This document shows positions 20,845 through 31,992 of a stretch of 61,195 bases of DNA, piece by piece. Both the position numbers and the translations under genes were made by a program. The stretch's first letter is position 1, and every line of letters starts with the position of its first letter. The notes under the pieces were generated by a model. That model worked only from the letters and a program-made list of their open reading frames with translations. It searched no databases and was not told the origin of the DNA. This DNA is from a virus (lineage: Duplodnaviria > Caudoviricetes): positions 1-61,195 of the IMG/VR virus record IMGVR_UViG_3300029448_000030; one strand, 5' to 3'.

Positions 20845-22290
20845 CTACACACCTTTGAATAATACAAAGTTGTTAGCTGCTTGAGTGACTAGACATCTTT
20901 CTGATAAGAAGTTAACTTCCATAGCATCAAGAGTAGAAGTATAAGCACCGCCAACAGAACCTGTTAACCATGATTTCATTCTTCTATCATCAGCTTGAGA
21001 AGCTCTATATCTTACATGTAAGAAAGGTCTTCTAATGTTAGTACCAAGAATTTGGTCATAAACAGTAGATGTTCCAGCAGGTATTAATACACCTTCAATA
21101 GAACTTACACCGTCCATAGCACCTCTTGTAGAAGCATCATTTAAATATTTCCAGTCAGTTTTGTAGAAGTCATAAGAACCTCTTCTGAAACCAGAGAAAC
21201 CTAAATTTAATGCCATTTCCTCAGAGTTTTCAAATAAACCAAATGCAGTACCACCAGCATAACCACCTGAGATTTGCGCAAGCATATCATCAAAGTCAAG
21301 AGCTGTTTGTCTTTGTAAGAAAAGCATGTTTTCTTCAATTGCACCTTGTGTATCTAAATTCTTAAGAATAGCATCGAATGAATCAATACCAGCAGAAGCA
21401 GTGAATCCAACGTTTACATTACCTCTATCTTCGATAGCAGCAAATAAACCTTGTGTACCAGCAGTAAGCGCTTTAATAGCAGCACCACCGTTTTTAGATA
21501 ATTCACCTTCAACCATAGACATTTCTAGGTAATCTTCAAATCTAAGTCTTGTTTCAGACTCAGCTTTAAGATACCATAAATATCCACTTGTTCCATCTTC
21601 AGTAGCAACTTCTACCCAACCGATTTGTGCAGTATCAGAACCAGATACAACGTATTTGCTTCTAATAATGATTGGTGAGTTAGAATATTGTTGGAAAGAA
21701 GGATCAACGCTAATGTATTGATCGCCATTTACAAGACCCGCAGTGTCAGAAGCATTGCTTACAGACTGACCTTTTTGTACGTCAGAACCGTAAACAAAGA
21801 TCTTACCAGTTGCAGCAAATCCTTGTAAATCAGCAGCTGTGTAAGGAAGAACGTTTAATACACCTGTAGCAGTATTACTATCAGATACATAAGCTTTAAT
21901 TTCTTTACCAGCATCATCCATTATAACTATAGTACTCTTAGGAGATACTACGTTTTTTACTGTAGCAGTTACAGTAATTGTAACAGTATTTACACCTACA
22001 CCGTTTCCGATAGCAATACCATCATATGCAATGTGTAATCTGTTTTGCTCAGACCAAATAACCTGATCAGACGTCATAGGCATTTCTGCACCTACCATTC
22101 TCAAGAATCCAGATAAAGTTCTATTACCGTATCTTTCAACTTCTTGTTCATAAACTTCTGGCAAATATTGTTGCGCGAAGTCTGCGAATGTTGCAGCTGT
22201 ACCTGAATCAGTCCACTGTAAATAGTTACTGTTAAGTAACTCTTGTTTTTGTGATGGGACAATAGACCCAAATTGTGGAGTTAAACTCAT
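20845..22290 (-). CDS. Major capsid protein
   Basis: 481 aa after portal and scaffold; FAQQYLPEVYEQEVERYG motif; followed by a strong hairpin. Confidence 0.8.
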   Translation of the reverse strand: MSLTPQFGSIVPSQKQELLNSNYLQWTDSGTAATFADFAQQYLPEVYEQEVERYGNRTLSGFLRMVGAEMPMTSDQVIWSEQNRLHIAYDGIAIGNGVGVNTVTITVTATVKNVVSPKSTIVIMDDAGKEIKAYVSDSNTATGVLNVLPYTAADLQGFAATGKIFVYGSDVQKGQSVSNASDTAGLVNGDQYISVDPSFQQYSNSPIIIRSKYVVSGSDTAQIGWVEVATEDGTSGYLWYLKAESETRLRFEDYLEMSMVEGELSKNGGAAIKALTAGTQGLFAAIEDRGNVNVGFTASAGIDSFDAILKNLDTQGAIEENMLFLQRQTALDFDDMLAQISGGYAGGTAFGLFENSEEMALNLGFSGFRRGSYDFYKTDWKYLNDASTRGAMDGVSSIEGVLIPAGTSTVYDQILGTNIRRPFLHVRYRASQADDRRMKSWLTGSVGGAYTSTLDAMEVNFLSERCLVTQAANNFVLFKGV

Positions 22291-22301
22291 TTTAAATTGT
22301 T

Positions 22302-23501
22302 TTAATTGTTAAATTTCCGTTTTTTTATTCTAAGTTTTGAAGCATCAGCACCACTTATTGCTTTAATTTTAATACCTCCAACAAAAACATCTCCAGAAGC
22401 TTCTTTTCTAGGTTCAGTACTTAAGTTTTTAGTTTTTGCAACTAATTCTTTTGTAGCATCAGCCTTTCCTTGCTCGTAAAAATGTTTTGCGATTGTATCA
22501 GAATTTCTAGCAGCGTACATGGCCTTATGGTATCCCTGTGGATCCACTAGCATTCCCTTATCATCTAAGAACGTCTCGACAAAAGGAGAAATATCTGTTT
22601 GTTTTTCCACTATTTCGTTAGGATTTTTTACTCCGTACCTAAATTTTTTATCACCTACTTTAAAATCAAAACCTTTGAATTCATCAGTAAAAGTATCTTT
22701 AGTTACTTTTTGAAAAACCTCTCTCTGTTGAGATAGTGTTTTCTGATCTTCGTTGTATCGGTTGAAAAAATTTATAGCTTTTTCTTGGTCTGCATTTACA
22801 TTAGATCTCAACTTGATTTCATCATAGTATTTGCTTTTCAAATCATTTAAATAGCTTTTAGCTTTTCCAACTTCTTCTTTGTACGCAAGGTTTTTCTTTC
22901 TAACCTCGCGTTCTTCGTCTACTTCTTCATCTACTTTAAAATTATCTTCTAATAAAAAGTTAACTTCATCGTAAGTTAGATGTGGACGAGTATTTTTATA
23001 ATATTCTCGTAATAACGCCTCATTATCTATAGTTTCGTAATCAGCGTTTAATCTTACATAATCTTCTACCGTTCCCCCAGTTTCTTCCATAAATGAAACT
23101 AGCTTTTCAACATTTTCAGGTAATTGCTTTACAGGTTGTTCTACTGGTTTAGTTTCTTCAACCTTTTGCTCTACCTCTTTTTTCTTATCTTCTTCTGTTA
23201 CTGGTATTTCTTCAATAACATTTTCAGTGGTCCCTTCGTGTGCTTGTCCCACTTCTTGCAATCCCATCTCGGATCCTTCTTTGCGTAACACGCTCTCCTC
23301 TGTTTTTTGTTCTTGAACGGCATCTTTGTTTTCTGTTTTAGTTAAATCAACTTTGATTGGTTCATCAGCTTTTTTTACCGCTGCTAAATCAATTTTAACT
23401 GTTTCTTCTGGAACCGTTAATTTTTTAGGTACTCTTTTCTTTTTAAGTTTAAAGTCACCTTCCTGTTTAACTGGTTCAGTTGTTTTTGTTTCTTTTGACA
23501 T
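22302..23501 (-). CDS. Putative scaffolding protein
   Basis: Glu/Lys-rich low-complexity N-terminus, helical; between portal and capsid. Confidence 0.6.
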   Translation of the reverse strand: MSKETKTTEPVKQEGDFKLKKKRVPKKLTVPEETVKIDLAAVKKADEPIKVDLTKTENKDAVQEQKTEESVLRKEGSEMGLQEVGQAHEGTTENVIEEIPVTEEDKKKEVEQKVEETKPVEQPVKQLPENVEKLVSFMEETGGTVEDYVRLNADYETIDNEALLREYYKNTRPHLTYDEVNFLLEDNFKVDEEVDEEREVRKKNLAYKEEVGKAKSYLNDLKSKYYDEIKLRSNVNADQEKAINFFNRYNEDQKTLSQQREVFQKVTKDTFTDEFKGFDFKVGDKKFRYGVKNPNEIVEKQTDISPFVETFLDDKGMLVDPQGYHKAMYAARNSDTIAKHFYEQGKADATKELVAKTKNLSTEPRKEASGDVFVGGIKIKAISGADASKLRIKKRKFNN

Positions 23502-23533
23502 AATATAATATAATTAAATAATTAGTAAATAAT

Positions 23534-25948
23534 TTATCTAGGTTCAAACTGTTCTAATCCAAACCCACCTAACGAATCAAAACCGGCAGATTCAAAATCA
23601 GTAGGCAAAGCATTATTTTGTCTTTGCTGTATTAATTGAGATTCTTGTGTGCCCTGCATTTTAATTCTGTTATCTTTTCTATTTTCAATTTCTTTTTCTT
23701 TCATACCTTCTGCATCAGCTTTAATTCTAGCTAACTGCATGTTGTAACCAAACTCTTCAGCCATTAATTCTTTTTTAATTGTAGCTTCTGTTTGCATTCT
23801 TTGAATTTCAAATTGAGATTTAGCTTGTTCTATTTGAACTTCTGTTTCTGCTAAAGCTTGTTGTTTTTGCATTTCTGCCAACGTTGCTTGTTCAGCTGCT
23901 TGAGCATTTGCAGCAGCTTGAGCCTGTATATTAGCTTGTTGTGCCGCTTGATCTTTTTCTAATTTCTTTTTACGTTTTTGCTTTAATAATTGATTAGCTA
24001 GTTTTAAATTTTTAACTTGTCTAATATCTATAGCATCATCTAAATCTATACCACCTGAAGCTAAAGCTACTTGTATATTTTGTTCAAGTTGTGCTTTTTG
24101 TTCTTCATCTGGTTCTAATTCTAAAAATATACCAAAGTCTTGTAAACTTTTTTCTTGTAATTCCTCTAATGTACCTGTATTATAAGCAGATATAGAATCA
24201 ATTAAAGCAGCTCTAGTTAATGGAAATTGTAAAACATCTGCTATTCTTAAAGCTACATTTTCACAAATTCTCAAAGTTAAATATAAACTAGATTTCATTA
24301 AATGTCTTAATGCTGTGTTGGAGTTAGCAGCTGCTATTTTTTGCAATCCAACTAAAGCTTTAACATCTGGAGTACTAGCATCAGTGGCTTCATTTAATCC
24401 GGTCACATCTCTTATCATTTGTAAATAGTATTGATATGTTTGAATTAAACTTGCTATTTTTTGACCACCTGCTGATGTTTGTAATTCTTGAATAGGAACT
24501 TTTCCTCTATTTATATCTCCTTCTTGAGTCATAGATCTACCTACTATACTACCAGTTTGGAAATACATGTTTAATGCTTCTGCGGGATTATAATTTGTTC
24601 CATTACCTAAATCAACCTCTGCTAAACCATCAACATCTACAAATACTCCATCTGGAACCATTCTTGATAATACTTGTTGAAGCTTTAAATGTGTCAACTG
24701 AATCATGTCTGCAAAACCAGTGATACGACTAACAGTAGATTCTATCATACCTTTATAAAGTTTAGGTGCACAAATACAGTAGTTCATGTTTACTCTACTA
24801 ACGTTAGATGTAGGTCTTGTCATATTCTCAGACATTTTCCAATCTAACATCATTTCGTGACCTAATATTTTAGCTCCAGTATATAAAACCTCTATAGATC
24901 TTCCTACTCTTTCAAAATTATCATTTGAAGGTGGATCAAAGGTATCAGGTTTTTCTAATGCTTTTTCTAAACCTTGTTCTGTTTGTTTTATTTTAAATAC
25001 TTGATTACTATATGTTTTGTATTCAAAATATAATACTTGAACTTGATTGTAAGAATCTTGTTGAGCATAAAAATTCCTAGTATAATTAGCATCACCTGGG
25101 AATTTTTGTATTTTTTCTAATTCTTGGTCAGATAACCATGGAAACTGTTTTTTAACTTCTACTAAACTCAGAGATTTTACTTCTCCAACATAGTATATAT
25201 CTTCAAAGTTTGGATCATCAGTATAAGAATAAACTAAATTAGCAGGATCTACATATTCTATATCAATACCATTAGCTAAATTAAAGTTAGTTTTCACTGC
25301 TCCAATTCCAATAACTGTTAAATCTTCAGTGATTCTTCTTTTTACTAATTCATATTTATTAGCTTGTAAAACACTATCAATAGCTTCTTCTTCTGCAATT
25401 TCTATAGATTGCTTATAACTTAATTGCATGTGAAGATCTAAATCTTCTTGAGTTTCAGGTATATTATTTGGATCAGCTGAATTAAAAAAGTCCATTCCTG
25501 TAGCTTCTTTCGTTGCTTGTATCAACTCTTTAGCATACATGTCACGCATTATAGCGTCAGCATATTTTGTTCTTTGTTTTAAAGATTCAGGATCTTGCGC
25601 ATAAGCTTTTATATCAAAAACTCTCTGAGACATTCCATTTACTATTATATCTACAAATTTAGGAATAATAGGAACTGGTTTCCAGTCTAAATTTAAATAA
25701 GATAAATCACCATTTACAGCTAATTCATCTTTGTATTTTTGCACAGGTTGTTCTCCTCTAGCATATAATCTTAATCTATGGAAATTTAACCAACTGTTTT
25801 GGTATCTATTTCCCATGCCTCCTCTGTCTCCAGAGAACCATTCACCTTCTATGGCTCTACCAACAGCATAACCATATTCCATTGTTTGCTTTTCCGCGTC
25901 TGGTACTACCTGACTAGGAAACGAGCCTGCGTAATTATATGTTATCAT
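23534..25948 (-). CDS. Portal protein
   Basis: 804 aa directly after the terminase; PIIPKFVDIIVNG, IRDVTGLNEA; Gln/Ala coiled-coil C-terminus. Confidence 0.8.
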   Translation of the reverse strand: MITYNYAGSFPSQVVPDAEKQTMEYGYAVGRAIEGEWFSGDRGGMGNRYQNSWLNFHRLRLYARGEQPVQKYKDELAVNGDLSYLNLDWKPVPIIPKFVDIIVNGMSQRVFDIKAYAQDPESLKQRTKYADAIMRDMYAKELIQATKEATGMDFFNSADPNNIPETQEDLDLHMQLSYKQSIEIAEEEAIDSVLQANKYELVKRRITEDLTVIGIGAVKTNFNLANGIDIEYVDPANLVYSYTDDPNFEDIYYVGEVKSLSLVEVKKQFPWLSDQELEKIQKFPGDANYTRNFYAQQDSYNQVQVLYFEYKTYSNQVFKIKQTEQGLEKALEKPDTFDPPSNDNFERVGRSIEVLYTGAKILGHEMMLDWKMSENMTRPTSNVSRVNMNYCICAPKLYKGMIESTVSRITGFADMIQLTHLKLQQVLSRMVPDGVFVDVDGLAEVDLGNGTNYNPAEALNMYFQTGSIVGRSMTQEGDINRGKVPIQELQTSAGGQKIASLIQTYQYYLQMIRDVTGLNEATDASTPDVKALVGLQKIAAANSNTALRHLMKSSLYLTLRICENVALRIADVLQFPLTRAALIDSISAYNTGTLEELQEKSLQDFGIFLELEPDEEQKAQLEQNIQVALASGGIDLDDAIDIRQVKNLKLANQLLKQKRKKKLEKDQAAQQANIQAQAAANAQAAEQATLAEMQKQQALAETEVQIEQAKSQFEIQRMQTEATIKKELMAEEFGYNMQLARIKADAEGMKEKEIENRKDNRIKMQGTQESQLIQQRQNNALPTDFESAGFDSLGGFGLEQFEPR

Positions 25949-28159
25949 TTATTTTATTATTTTTGATAATGTTCCTTTATTACTATATTTTTTAAAACCT
26001 AAAGGCTTTGGCGTTAAAGTTCTAGTAAATATGGGTTTATACATGTTTCTATTACAACCCATTATTGCTAAACCACTACTAATAGAAGCATCGTGCTTTG
26101 TTCTATTATTAATATCGAATTTAGCCCAATCTTCTAATGTTTTTTGAAAATACATATCACCATATTTTGAACCTAAATTACCAATGTAGGTTTCTATGTA
26201 TGATTCTATAGCAGCGGCATGCGCTTGTTTTATATCTTCACTTGAGTTAGGTATTCCACCTATTTCTCTTTCTGTTACTGAAAGTTTCATTAAGAGTTTA
26301 TCAGGTCTATTCATACTAAAACCTCTATAACCTCTTCTTTTAAAATGATACAACAATCTTGGTTTATTATTCTCCGCAAGTATTGGCATACCGTAAAAAA
26401 CACAAGCCATTAAAACATCTTCAAAAAATATCTCCGCTGTTTGTGGTCTTGATATATATTCTAGAAAAAACATATTTGGTGGTATGGTTTCCATAGAAAA
26501 TTTTGTAAGTCCGTGTAGTGAACCATTTGAACCTCTTGAATCTACAGTACCAGATATATCGTATGGGTCACAACCAAAACATCCTGTATGATCATTACCC
26601 GGGTATCTTACACCGTTTTTCATTATTACATTATTTTGTAAATGAATTGGTGGAACCCATGATATATTAAATCTACCGTTTTCATTAGGCATAAAAATCA
26701 CCTTAGTATCTTTAACTCCGTGTTCCCATTGAAAAGAACCTTTTGTTACTGTTTTATAACTTTGACAATCTTCGTTGAAATCTATTTGCTCATATATCCT
26801 TACTAGATTAAATAAAGATGCTTTAGATTCATCTCTAAAAGCATGTTGAGTTGTTCGTGGAAATTGTCTATAAAATTCGTTTAATCCGTTTTGATCTTGC
26901 TTTAATCCTTCAACTTCGTTTTCCCAGTACTTAATAACCCCAAGCTCAATTTTGTCTCCTTTGGGTCCGATAACCGGTCGACTAGGTGTGTCGAACACAG
27001 GTAATCCATAAGAATCAATGTATCCTTCGTAGTTCCATTCCATAGGAATGAACAAAGAATAGAGTCCCGAACGAGTCTGTCCGTTGGCGTTTCGTTGCGT
27101 AACATTTGAGTCATCGTATAGTTTTTTAAAGTTATCACCTCCTTTATCTAAAGCGTTTGATGTTGATCCCATCATACACTTACCAATAATTCTGCTTCCT
27201 AATCTTAATGTAGTTTTTGTAACTCTCCAGTTATTTAAAATATTATTAGGTCTTTCCCATTTACCTGATTCATCATGTACTAATAGTTTTAATTTTTCAC
27301 CATCATAACTATTATCACCTGTGTTTTTCCAGTCAATAGTTGTGTCAAGACCTTTTAATTCTTCAAGAGTTTCGTTGTTATCTAATTTACGTCTAGTAAA
27401 TTTAGAGGCTGGCACTCTATATGCTAATTCTGTTTTAGGTCGATCCATACCATCTTGAATCGGTTTAAAAAAGAAAGGATAATTAACTGATATTGGTACA
27501 ACCTTATCAGTAAACATTTTTTTTGCATCAGGTCCAGATTTTGATAATATACCATATCTTGAATCACTTGATATTGTTGCTAAGTTTACAACTTCTCCGG
27601 ACGCCATGAAAGAGAATCCAGAACGACGGTTTTTGAGGTAGCACATTCCGTAACATCTTGTATCTGCTTTGCAAGCTTCCCAGAATATGAAGAATAATCT
27701 ATTGGCTTCTCTAAAGTCTGGTGCCCCAACGTCAATCTTACTCCACTGCAAGTACATATAATGAGTGCCAGTAAGATAAGTAGGAACATCTTTGTTATAA
27801 AACCAAAAACCTTCTTCTCTACGTGTAAACTCTTTATCAATGTAATCATACCATTTTTCTTTAAAATCTTCAGGATATTGTCTCCAATCAAAAACAGTTT
27901 TTATTTTAGATAGAATCTTAGGGTAATCTGTTTTACTCCATTTATTGTTATCAAAAGTATGTGTATCTTTTTCCTTAGGTAAAGCAATTTTTAAATCTTG
28001 TATTTCATAAATATCACCTATTTCTCCAGTTTTACTTATGACTATAACATCATGCTCTTTATTATAACCATATTCCCACTTTTTCTTTTTATTGTTTTTC
28101 TTTACAATATGTGGTTTAATATAGTTTTTTAATATTTTATATAAACTTTGCTGATACAT
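25949..28159 (-). CDS. terL: Terminase large subunit
   Basis: Walker A-like LKNRRSGFS, Walker B LLVHDESGKW, MMGST, nuclease FGCDPYD and C-terminal HDASISSG. Confidence 0.9.
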   Translation of the reverse strand: MYQQSLYKILKNYIKPHIVKKNNKKKKWEYGYNKEHDVIVISKTGEIGDIYEIQDLKIALPKEKDTHTFDNNKWSKTDYPKILSKIKTVFDWRQYPEDFKEKWYDYIDKEFTRREEGFWFYNKDVPTYLTGTHYMYLQWSKIDVGAPDFREANRLFFIFWEACKADTRCYGMCYLKNRRSGFSFMASGEVVNLATISSDSRYGILSKSGPDAKKMFTDKVVPISVNYPFFFKPIQDGMDRPKTELAYRVPASKFTRRKLDNNETLEELKGLDTTIDWKNTGDNSYDGEKLKLLVHDESGKWERPNNILNNWRVTKTTLRLGSRIIGKCMMGSTSNALDKGGDNFKKLYDDSNVTQRNANGQTRSGLYSLFIPMEWNYEGYIDSYGLPVFDTPSRPVIGPKGDKIELGVIKYWENEVEGLKQDQNGLNEFYRQFPRTTQHAFRDESKASLFNLVRIYEQIDFNEDCQSYKTVTKGSFQWEHGVKDTKVIFMPNENGRFNISWVPPIHLQNNVIMKNGVRYPGNDHTGCFGCDPYDISGTVDSRGSNGSLHGLTKFSMETIPPNMFFLEYISRPQTAEIFFEDVLMACVFYGMPILAENNKPRLLYHFKRRGYRGFSMNRPDKLLMKLSVTEREIGGIPNSSEDIKQAHAAAIESYIETYIGNLGSKYGDMYFQKTLEDWAKFDINNRTKHDASISSGLAIMGCNRNMYKPIFTRTLTPKPLGFKKYSNKGTLSKIIK

Positions 28160-28437
28160 TACTTTGATCTACCTTCTGCAAAACCTCTAAAGGTTTTTTC
28201 TTTTTTAACTTCTTCTTTTGGCTTATCTTCTAACATATTTTTTTCTTCTTCAATTCTATTAAGTATTTCAAAAGCATCAAATATAGCTAGTTTTTTTGTA
28301 GCCGCAGCATTCTTTAATCTATCCGCTGATATATCATCGTCTGAATCAACAATTGGTTCTTTAGCTACTTTGATTAGCTCGTCTACCGCTACTTGCCCAG
28401 CTTGGATTATATTCTTCTTGGTTTCTTTTATTTTCAT
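28159..28437 (-). CDS. Putative terminase small subunit
   Basis: 92-aa helical ORF overlapping the terL start. Confidence 0.45.
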   Translation of the reverse strand: MKIKETKKNIIQAGQVAVDELIKVAKEPIVDSDDDISADRLKNAAATKKLAIFDAFEILNRIEEEKNMLEDKPKEEVKKEKTFRGFAEGRSK

Positions 28438-28987
28438 ACTTAATTACAATATCATTTGATTTCATACAATAAAGACGCTCACCATCTATAATAAACTCCC
28501 ATTCTCCATATGGAGTATAACCCACTGTGTCTTCTGGGTATATTCCCTTGTCTTCTAAGGAACTATTACTATATTTTAGTATACCTATAAGCTTTTGTTC
28601 TTTTTCACTGCTTAGAGATGAATTGTTCTTTAGTGGTTTTATGAAACATCTATCATTAAAAGTATTCCAAATATCATTTTGTTTATATAAATATATTTGA
28701 TCTGGTTGACAAAAATATAAATCATCTTTAAACCATGATCTACTTTTTTTTCTTTTACCTTTAGTATCATAAAAAACTCTAAAAACATTTTGATGAACTA
28801 TAATAATATCTCCTACATTTATAGGAGTATAATAAGCTAATGGACATGTTTTAACTATCGCGTACCTGTTAACAAACTTAAAGCTTTCAATTTTAGAATT
28901 TAAAATTAAACTCTTATCTTCTATTTGAATCTCATTATTATATGTTTCACCCAGAGGTTCTACGATAAAATCATATAAACTTTTCAT
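28361..28987 (-). CDS. GroES-fold-like protein, possibly two tandem domains
   Basis: FIVEP...AIVK...INVGDIIIV, then FIKP...GILKY...DTVGY...IDGERLYCMKSNDIV. Confidence 0.5.
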   Translation of the reverse strand: MKSLYDFIVEPLGETYNNEIQIEDKSLILNSKIESFKFVNRYAIVKTCPLAYYTPINVGDIIIVHQNVFRVFYDTKGKRKKSRSWFKDDLYFCQPDQIYLYKQNDIWNTFNDRCFIKPLKNNSSLSSEKEQKLIGILKYSNSSLEDKGIYPEDTVGYTPYGEWEFIIDGERLYCMKSNDIVIKYENKRNQEEYNPSWASSGRRANQSS

Positions 28988-29214
28988 TAATACTCTAAGT
29001 CATATTCAACGGATATAGCCATGTTAGAGTTAAACTTTTTCCATGGCAATACCTCGTTGTTTTTCTTTATATAAATATTATAAGAATTATCTTGTGGTTC
29101 TAAAATAATATGAGATATAACATGGCCACCGTATACTTGTTGTCCTACGGCATAATGCATAGCGTCATTTTTATAATCAGAACCAATACTGATTTTTCTT
29201 ATATTATTTTCCAT
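28987..29214 (-). CDS. Hypothetical protein
   Basis: 75-aa ORF translationally coupled to its neighbours. Confidence 0.65.
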   Translation of the reverse strand: MENNIRKISIGSDYKNDAMHYAVGQQVYGGHVISHIILEPQDNSYNIYIKKNNEVLPWKKFNSNMAISVEYDLEY

Positions 29215-29461
29215 CTTTAGCTACAACCTCTTCTGTTTCACTAATAGTTCCATCTTGTAAATCAATAGAAATATTACCATATTTTTCCATTAATTCTTTT
29301 TTAGATTCCTCTATTAAAACATTGTTTTCTTTAAACTGTTCTCTTAATAAACTTTTTTGAACATCTAAAGAACCTAATTGCATAGCTATTTGATTAGCTT
29401 TATTAGTTAATTCTGTAACTTTTGCTAATTCTTCTTTACTTAGTTTTTTTACTTTTGCCAT
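29204..29461 (-). CDS. Small coiled-coil protein (possible fibre chaperone)
   Basis: Heptad pattern ending KYGNISIDLQDGTI; AAATT-repeat leader. Confidence 0.55.
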   Translation of the reverse strand: MAKVKKLSKEELAKVTELTNKANQIAMQLGSLDVQKSLLREQFKENNVLIEESKKELMEKYGNISIDLQDGTISETEEVVAKDGK

Positions 29462-29494
29462 AATTTAATTTAATTTAATTGTTAATAATTGTTT

Positions 29495-30085
29495 TTATTG
29501 TAGTAACACCACATCCCCTGCGGTAGTACTTGTACTATTAAGTGATTTGTATGATAAAGGAACCGCTCCTTGACCAGCTGACACCTTTATTGTTGATTCA
29601 TCTTCATCTGACGCTAATACGCCTACTATATTTCCAGCTGTTCCTCCTACATATATAGAAACACATTCATTGTTCCAATATTTTGTAGAAATAGGAAAAT
29701 CAAGCTGTGCTGCTTGTAAAGTAACCGTAACTACACCAGCTATTGGGTTAGCCCCATCACCTCCTAAAGGAGCTAATGCCGCTGCGTTAAATATAAAGGT
29801 TTCACCCACTAAAGCTTTATTATAAGCTTTTGGTCCTACATAAGTAGCTTTAACTTGGTTAACAGCAGCATTAGGAACACTGCTATTAGTAGTTAATGTG
29901 AATATGTAATCTGTAGATTTTGCCCATGCTGTTCCACTTGAAGGAACACATATAGCTGTTTGTGAAGCTGCTAAATTCGCACTTGTATTTGCGCTTAAAT
30001 TTAAAGCAGTGTCTTCTTTTACTGTACTAGCAACAAAAGGTATTGCTTTAGTTGCGAAATCACTTTGGTTTGCTGTATAACCCAT
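29495..30085 (-). CDS. Putative virion structural protein
   Basis: Ala/Thr/Ser-rich beta protein with IYVGGTAGNI motif. Confidence 0.5.
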   Translation of the reverse strand: MGYTANQSDFATKAIPFVASTVKEDTALNLSANTSANLAASQTAICVPSSGTAWAKSTDYIFTLTTNSSVPNAAVNQVKATYVGPKAYNKALVGETFIFNAAALAPLGGDGANPIAGVVTVTLQAAQLDFPISTKYWNNECVSIYVGGTAGNIVGVLASDEDESTIKVSAGQGAVPLSYKSLNSTSTTAGDVVLLQ

Positions 30086-30094
30086 TTTTAATTT

Positions 30095-30553
30095 TTATTT
30101 TTTGTTAAATATATTACTTGCCTTTTCTGTCGTACGTCCGCCGAAATAGGCTAAAACGACGGCCATCATGACCTTCTCGAAAGTATCATTCCATAATTCA
30201 TTAATATGAAAAGGTATAGTTTCAACGCTGTCTAAAATACCAGCTAATGAAAATATACATATACACCATACTAATACTAATGGACGTACGTTTTTTGACA
30301 TCCATGAATCACTCATGGAGTCTGCTTGCCATCTTGATGTGATAGCTTCAATTTCTTTTGTTTGTTGTTCGTATATTATTTGTTGTAATTTTACTTTATC
30401 CTCAGCAGGAGCATCTGCTTTAGTAATAGCTTCAATAGCTTCTTTTGGTGAAGTTACGCCTTGTAATACATTTCCTAAAGTAGGATTTATTACAGAAGCA
30501 GCACCAAACAACAATTGTCCAACAGTAGTGTCTTTAAACTTCTTTTTACTCAT
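30095..30553 (-). CDS. Holin (3TM, GTA-holin-like)
   Basis: SRWQADSMSDSWMSKNVRPLVL, hydrophobic helices, AYFGGRT.EK. Confidence 0.75.
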   Translation of the reverse strand: MSKKKFKDTTVGQLLFGAASVINPTLGNVLQGVTSPKEAIEAITKADAPAEDKVKLQQIIYEQQTKEIEAITSRWQADSMSDSWMSKNVRPLVLVWCICIFSLAGILDSVETIPFHINELWNDTFEKVMMAVVLAYFGGRTTEKASNIFNKK

Positions 30554-30557
30554 ATTT

Positions 30558-30586
30558 TATAATTACTTGATTCTCAGTGTTTTTAC
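30558..30586 (-). promoter_or_regulatory. Class II promoter-like motif
   Basis: GTAAA-N15-GTAATTATA, 4 nt before the holin ATG. Confidence 0.7.
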
Positions 30587-31983
30587 TAATATTTAGGATT
30601 TCTTCTTCTACCACCACCTCGGCCACCTTTATATTTAAAACTAGGACCACTTTTGCTTCTTCTTTTCCCCTTTGTTCTTGCTCCTTTATATCGTGCTGGT
30701 CTAAATAAGTTTAAATCATCTACAACATCTCCAATTTTACTTATAATCCCAGGACCTTTCTTTTTCTTAGGTTTTTTATCTTCAATCATTGCTGGAGTTA
30801 CAATTTCAGTTAGATAATCTAAAGGATTTATTTCATTTCCTACATCAGTAACAATCCCATGTTCATTTAACCATGATTCATTACGGCTATCTCCATGTTT
30901 AATTCGATCATAAACTTGATTTATCTTATCATGAACTAGTTGTGAATATTCAAGTTCGTCATCTGTGGGTCCATCCCATTGGTTTGTGCGTTGAGGGTCT
31001 AGTGCTGTTCCTTGGTTAGATCCTTTAGGATAAAACACTTTATTTGGATCAAGTACTGATAAAAGGTCAGCTATATAAGATCTTCCAGTTCTTGGATCTA
31101 TTAAATTCGCATCAGTCCCTTCTGTAATACCTACATAATCATTATTGTAATTACCTCTACCACGACTCCTATTTTTGTTTAATTTATTAAAAAGTATATT
31201 AATAACATCGCCTTCAGGACCTAAATGTTGAGCTATAGCTTGATTTGCACCTGCACCTCGTTCTGACCCAATATAATTTCCAGCTTGATCATGACTCCTA
31301 TACGGATGTGCTTCATCTCCTCCTGGTAAATAAGGAGTAAAAGTATTCCAATTACCTCCTCTACTCCACTCTTTAGGATTTCTAGAATCAATCCCGCCTG
31401 TATAAAACTGACCCATGTGTTGAGGATTTTGTAATATATCTTGGAACTCTTGGAATCCATCTGGATTTTTTAAGTCTGCTGGAACACCACCATCAGCACC
31501 TCCTAATAAGGAATATAGAGTTCGTCTTCCTGATGTATTATATTGAGGAAAATTAGCTTTTTCTTCATCAGAAAGTTTAAGATATTGTTGAACATCTATA
31601 GGCACGTCTTTAGCGTAAGGAGTAGTTTCATTATCAGCCCATGTAGTTCCTTGATAATTTGAAGGATTATAACTTTTAGTACGAAATCTAATATTTGTAT
31701 TAGGATTTCTTGCTTTTCTTTTAAAATAATGGCCTGATGGTATGTCAAAATTTCCAAAACCTGATTCACCTAAATCTGAAGGTGTGTAATGTTTTGTGAG
31801 CATTTGTAATTGCTCAGGTGTTATATTGTAATCACTAGCAATAGATAGGCGCCCATCATTATAAGGATTATCAGGATTTCTTTGTTTAACCGGAGAATTG
31901 TTTATAACTCTACCATCACGATTTAATGTTCTATCACTACTTGCAGTGATGTTGTTTCTAAAAGGATTTTTGATTTTTATCAT
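30586..31983 (-). CDS. Hypothetical protein with SPVKQ motif and very basic C-terminus
   Basis: 465-aa ORF. Confidence 0.7.
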   Translation of the reverse strand: MIKIKNPFRNNITASSDRTLNRDGRVINNSPVKQRNPDNPYNDGRLSIASDYNITPEQLQMLTKHYTPSDLGESGFGNFDIPSGHYFKRKARNPNTNIRFRTKSYNPSNYQGTTWADNETTPYAKDVPIDVQQYLKLSDEEKANFPQYNTSGRRTLYSLLGGADGGVPADLKNPDGFQEFQDILQNPQHMGQFYTGGIDSRNPKEWSRGGNWNTFTPYLPGGDEAHPYRSHDQAGNYIGSERGAGANQAIAQHLGPEGDVINILFNKLNKNRSRGRGNYNNDYVGITEGTDANLIDPRTGRSYIADLLSVLDPNKVFYPKGSNQGTALDPQRTNQWDGPTDDELEYSQLVHDKINQVYDRIKHGDSRNESWLNEHGIVTDVGNEINPLDYLTEIVTPAMIEDKKPKKKKGPGIISKIGDVVDDLNLFRPARYKGARTKGKRRSKSGPSFKYKGGRGGGRRRNPKY

Positions 31984-31992
31984 AATAGTTTT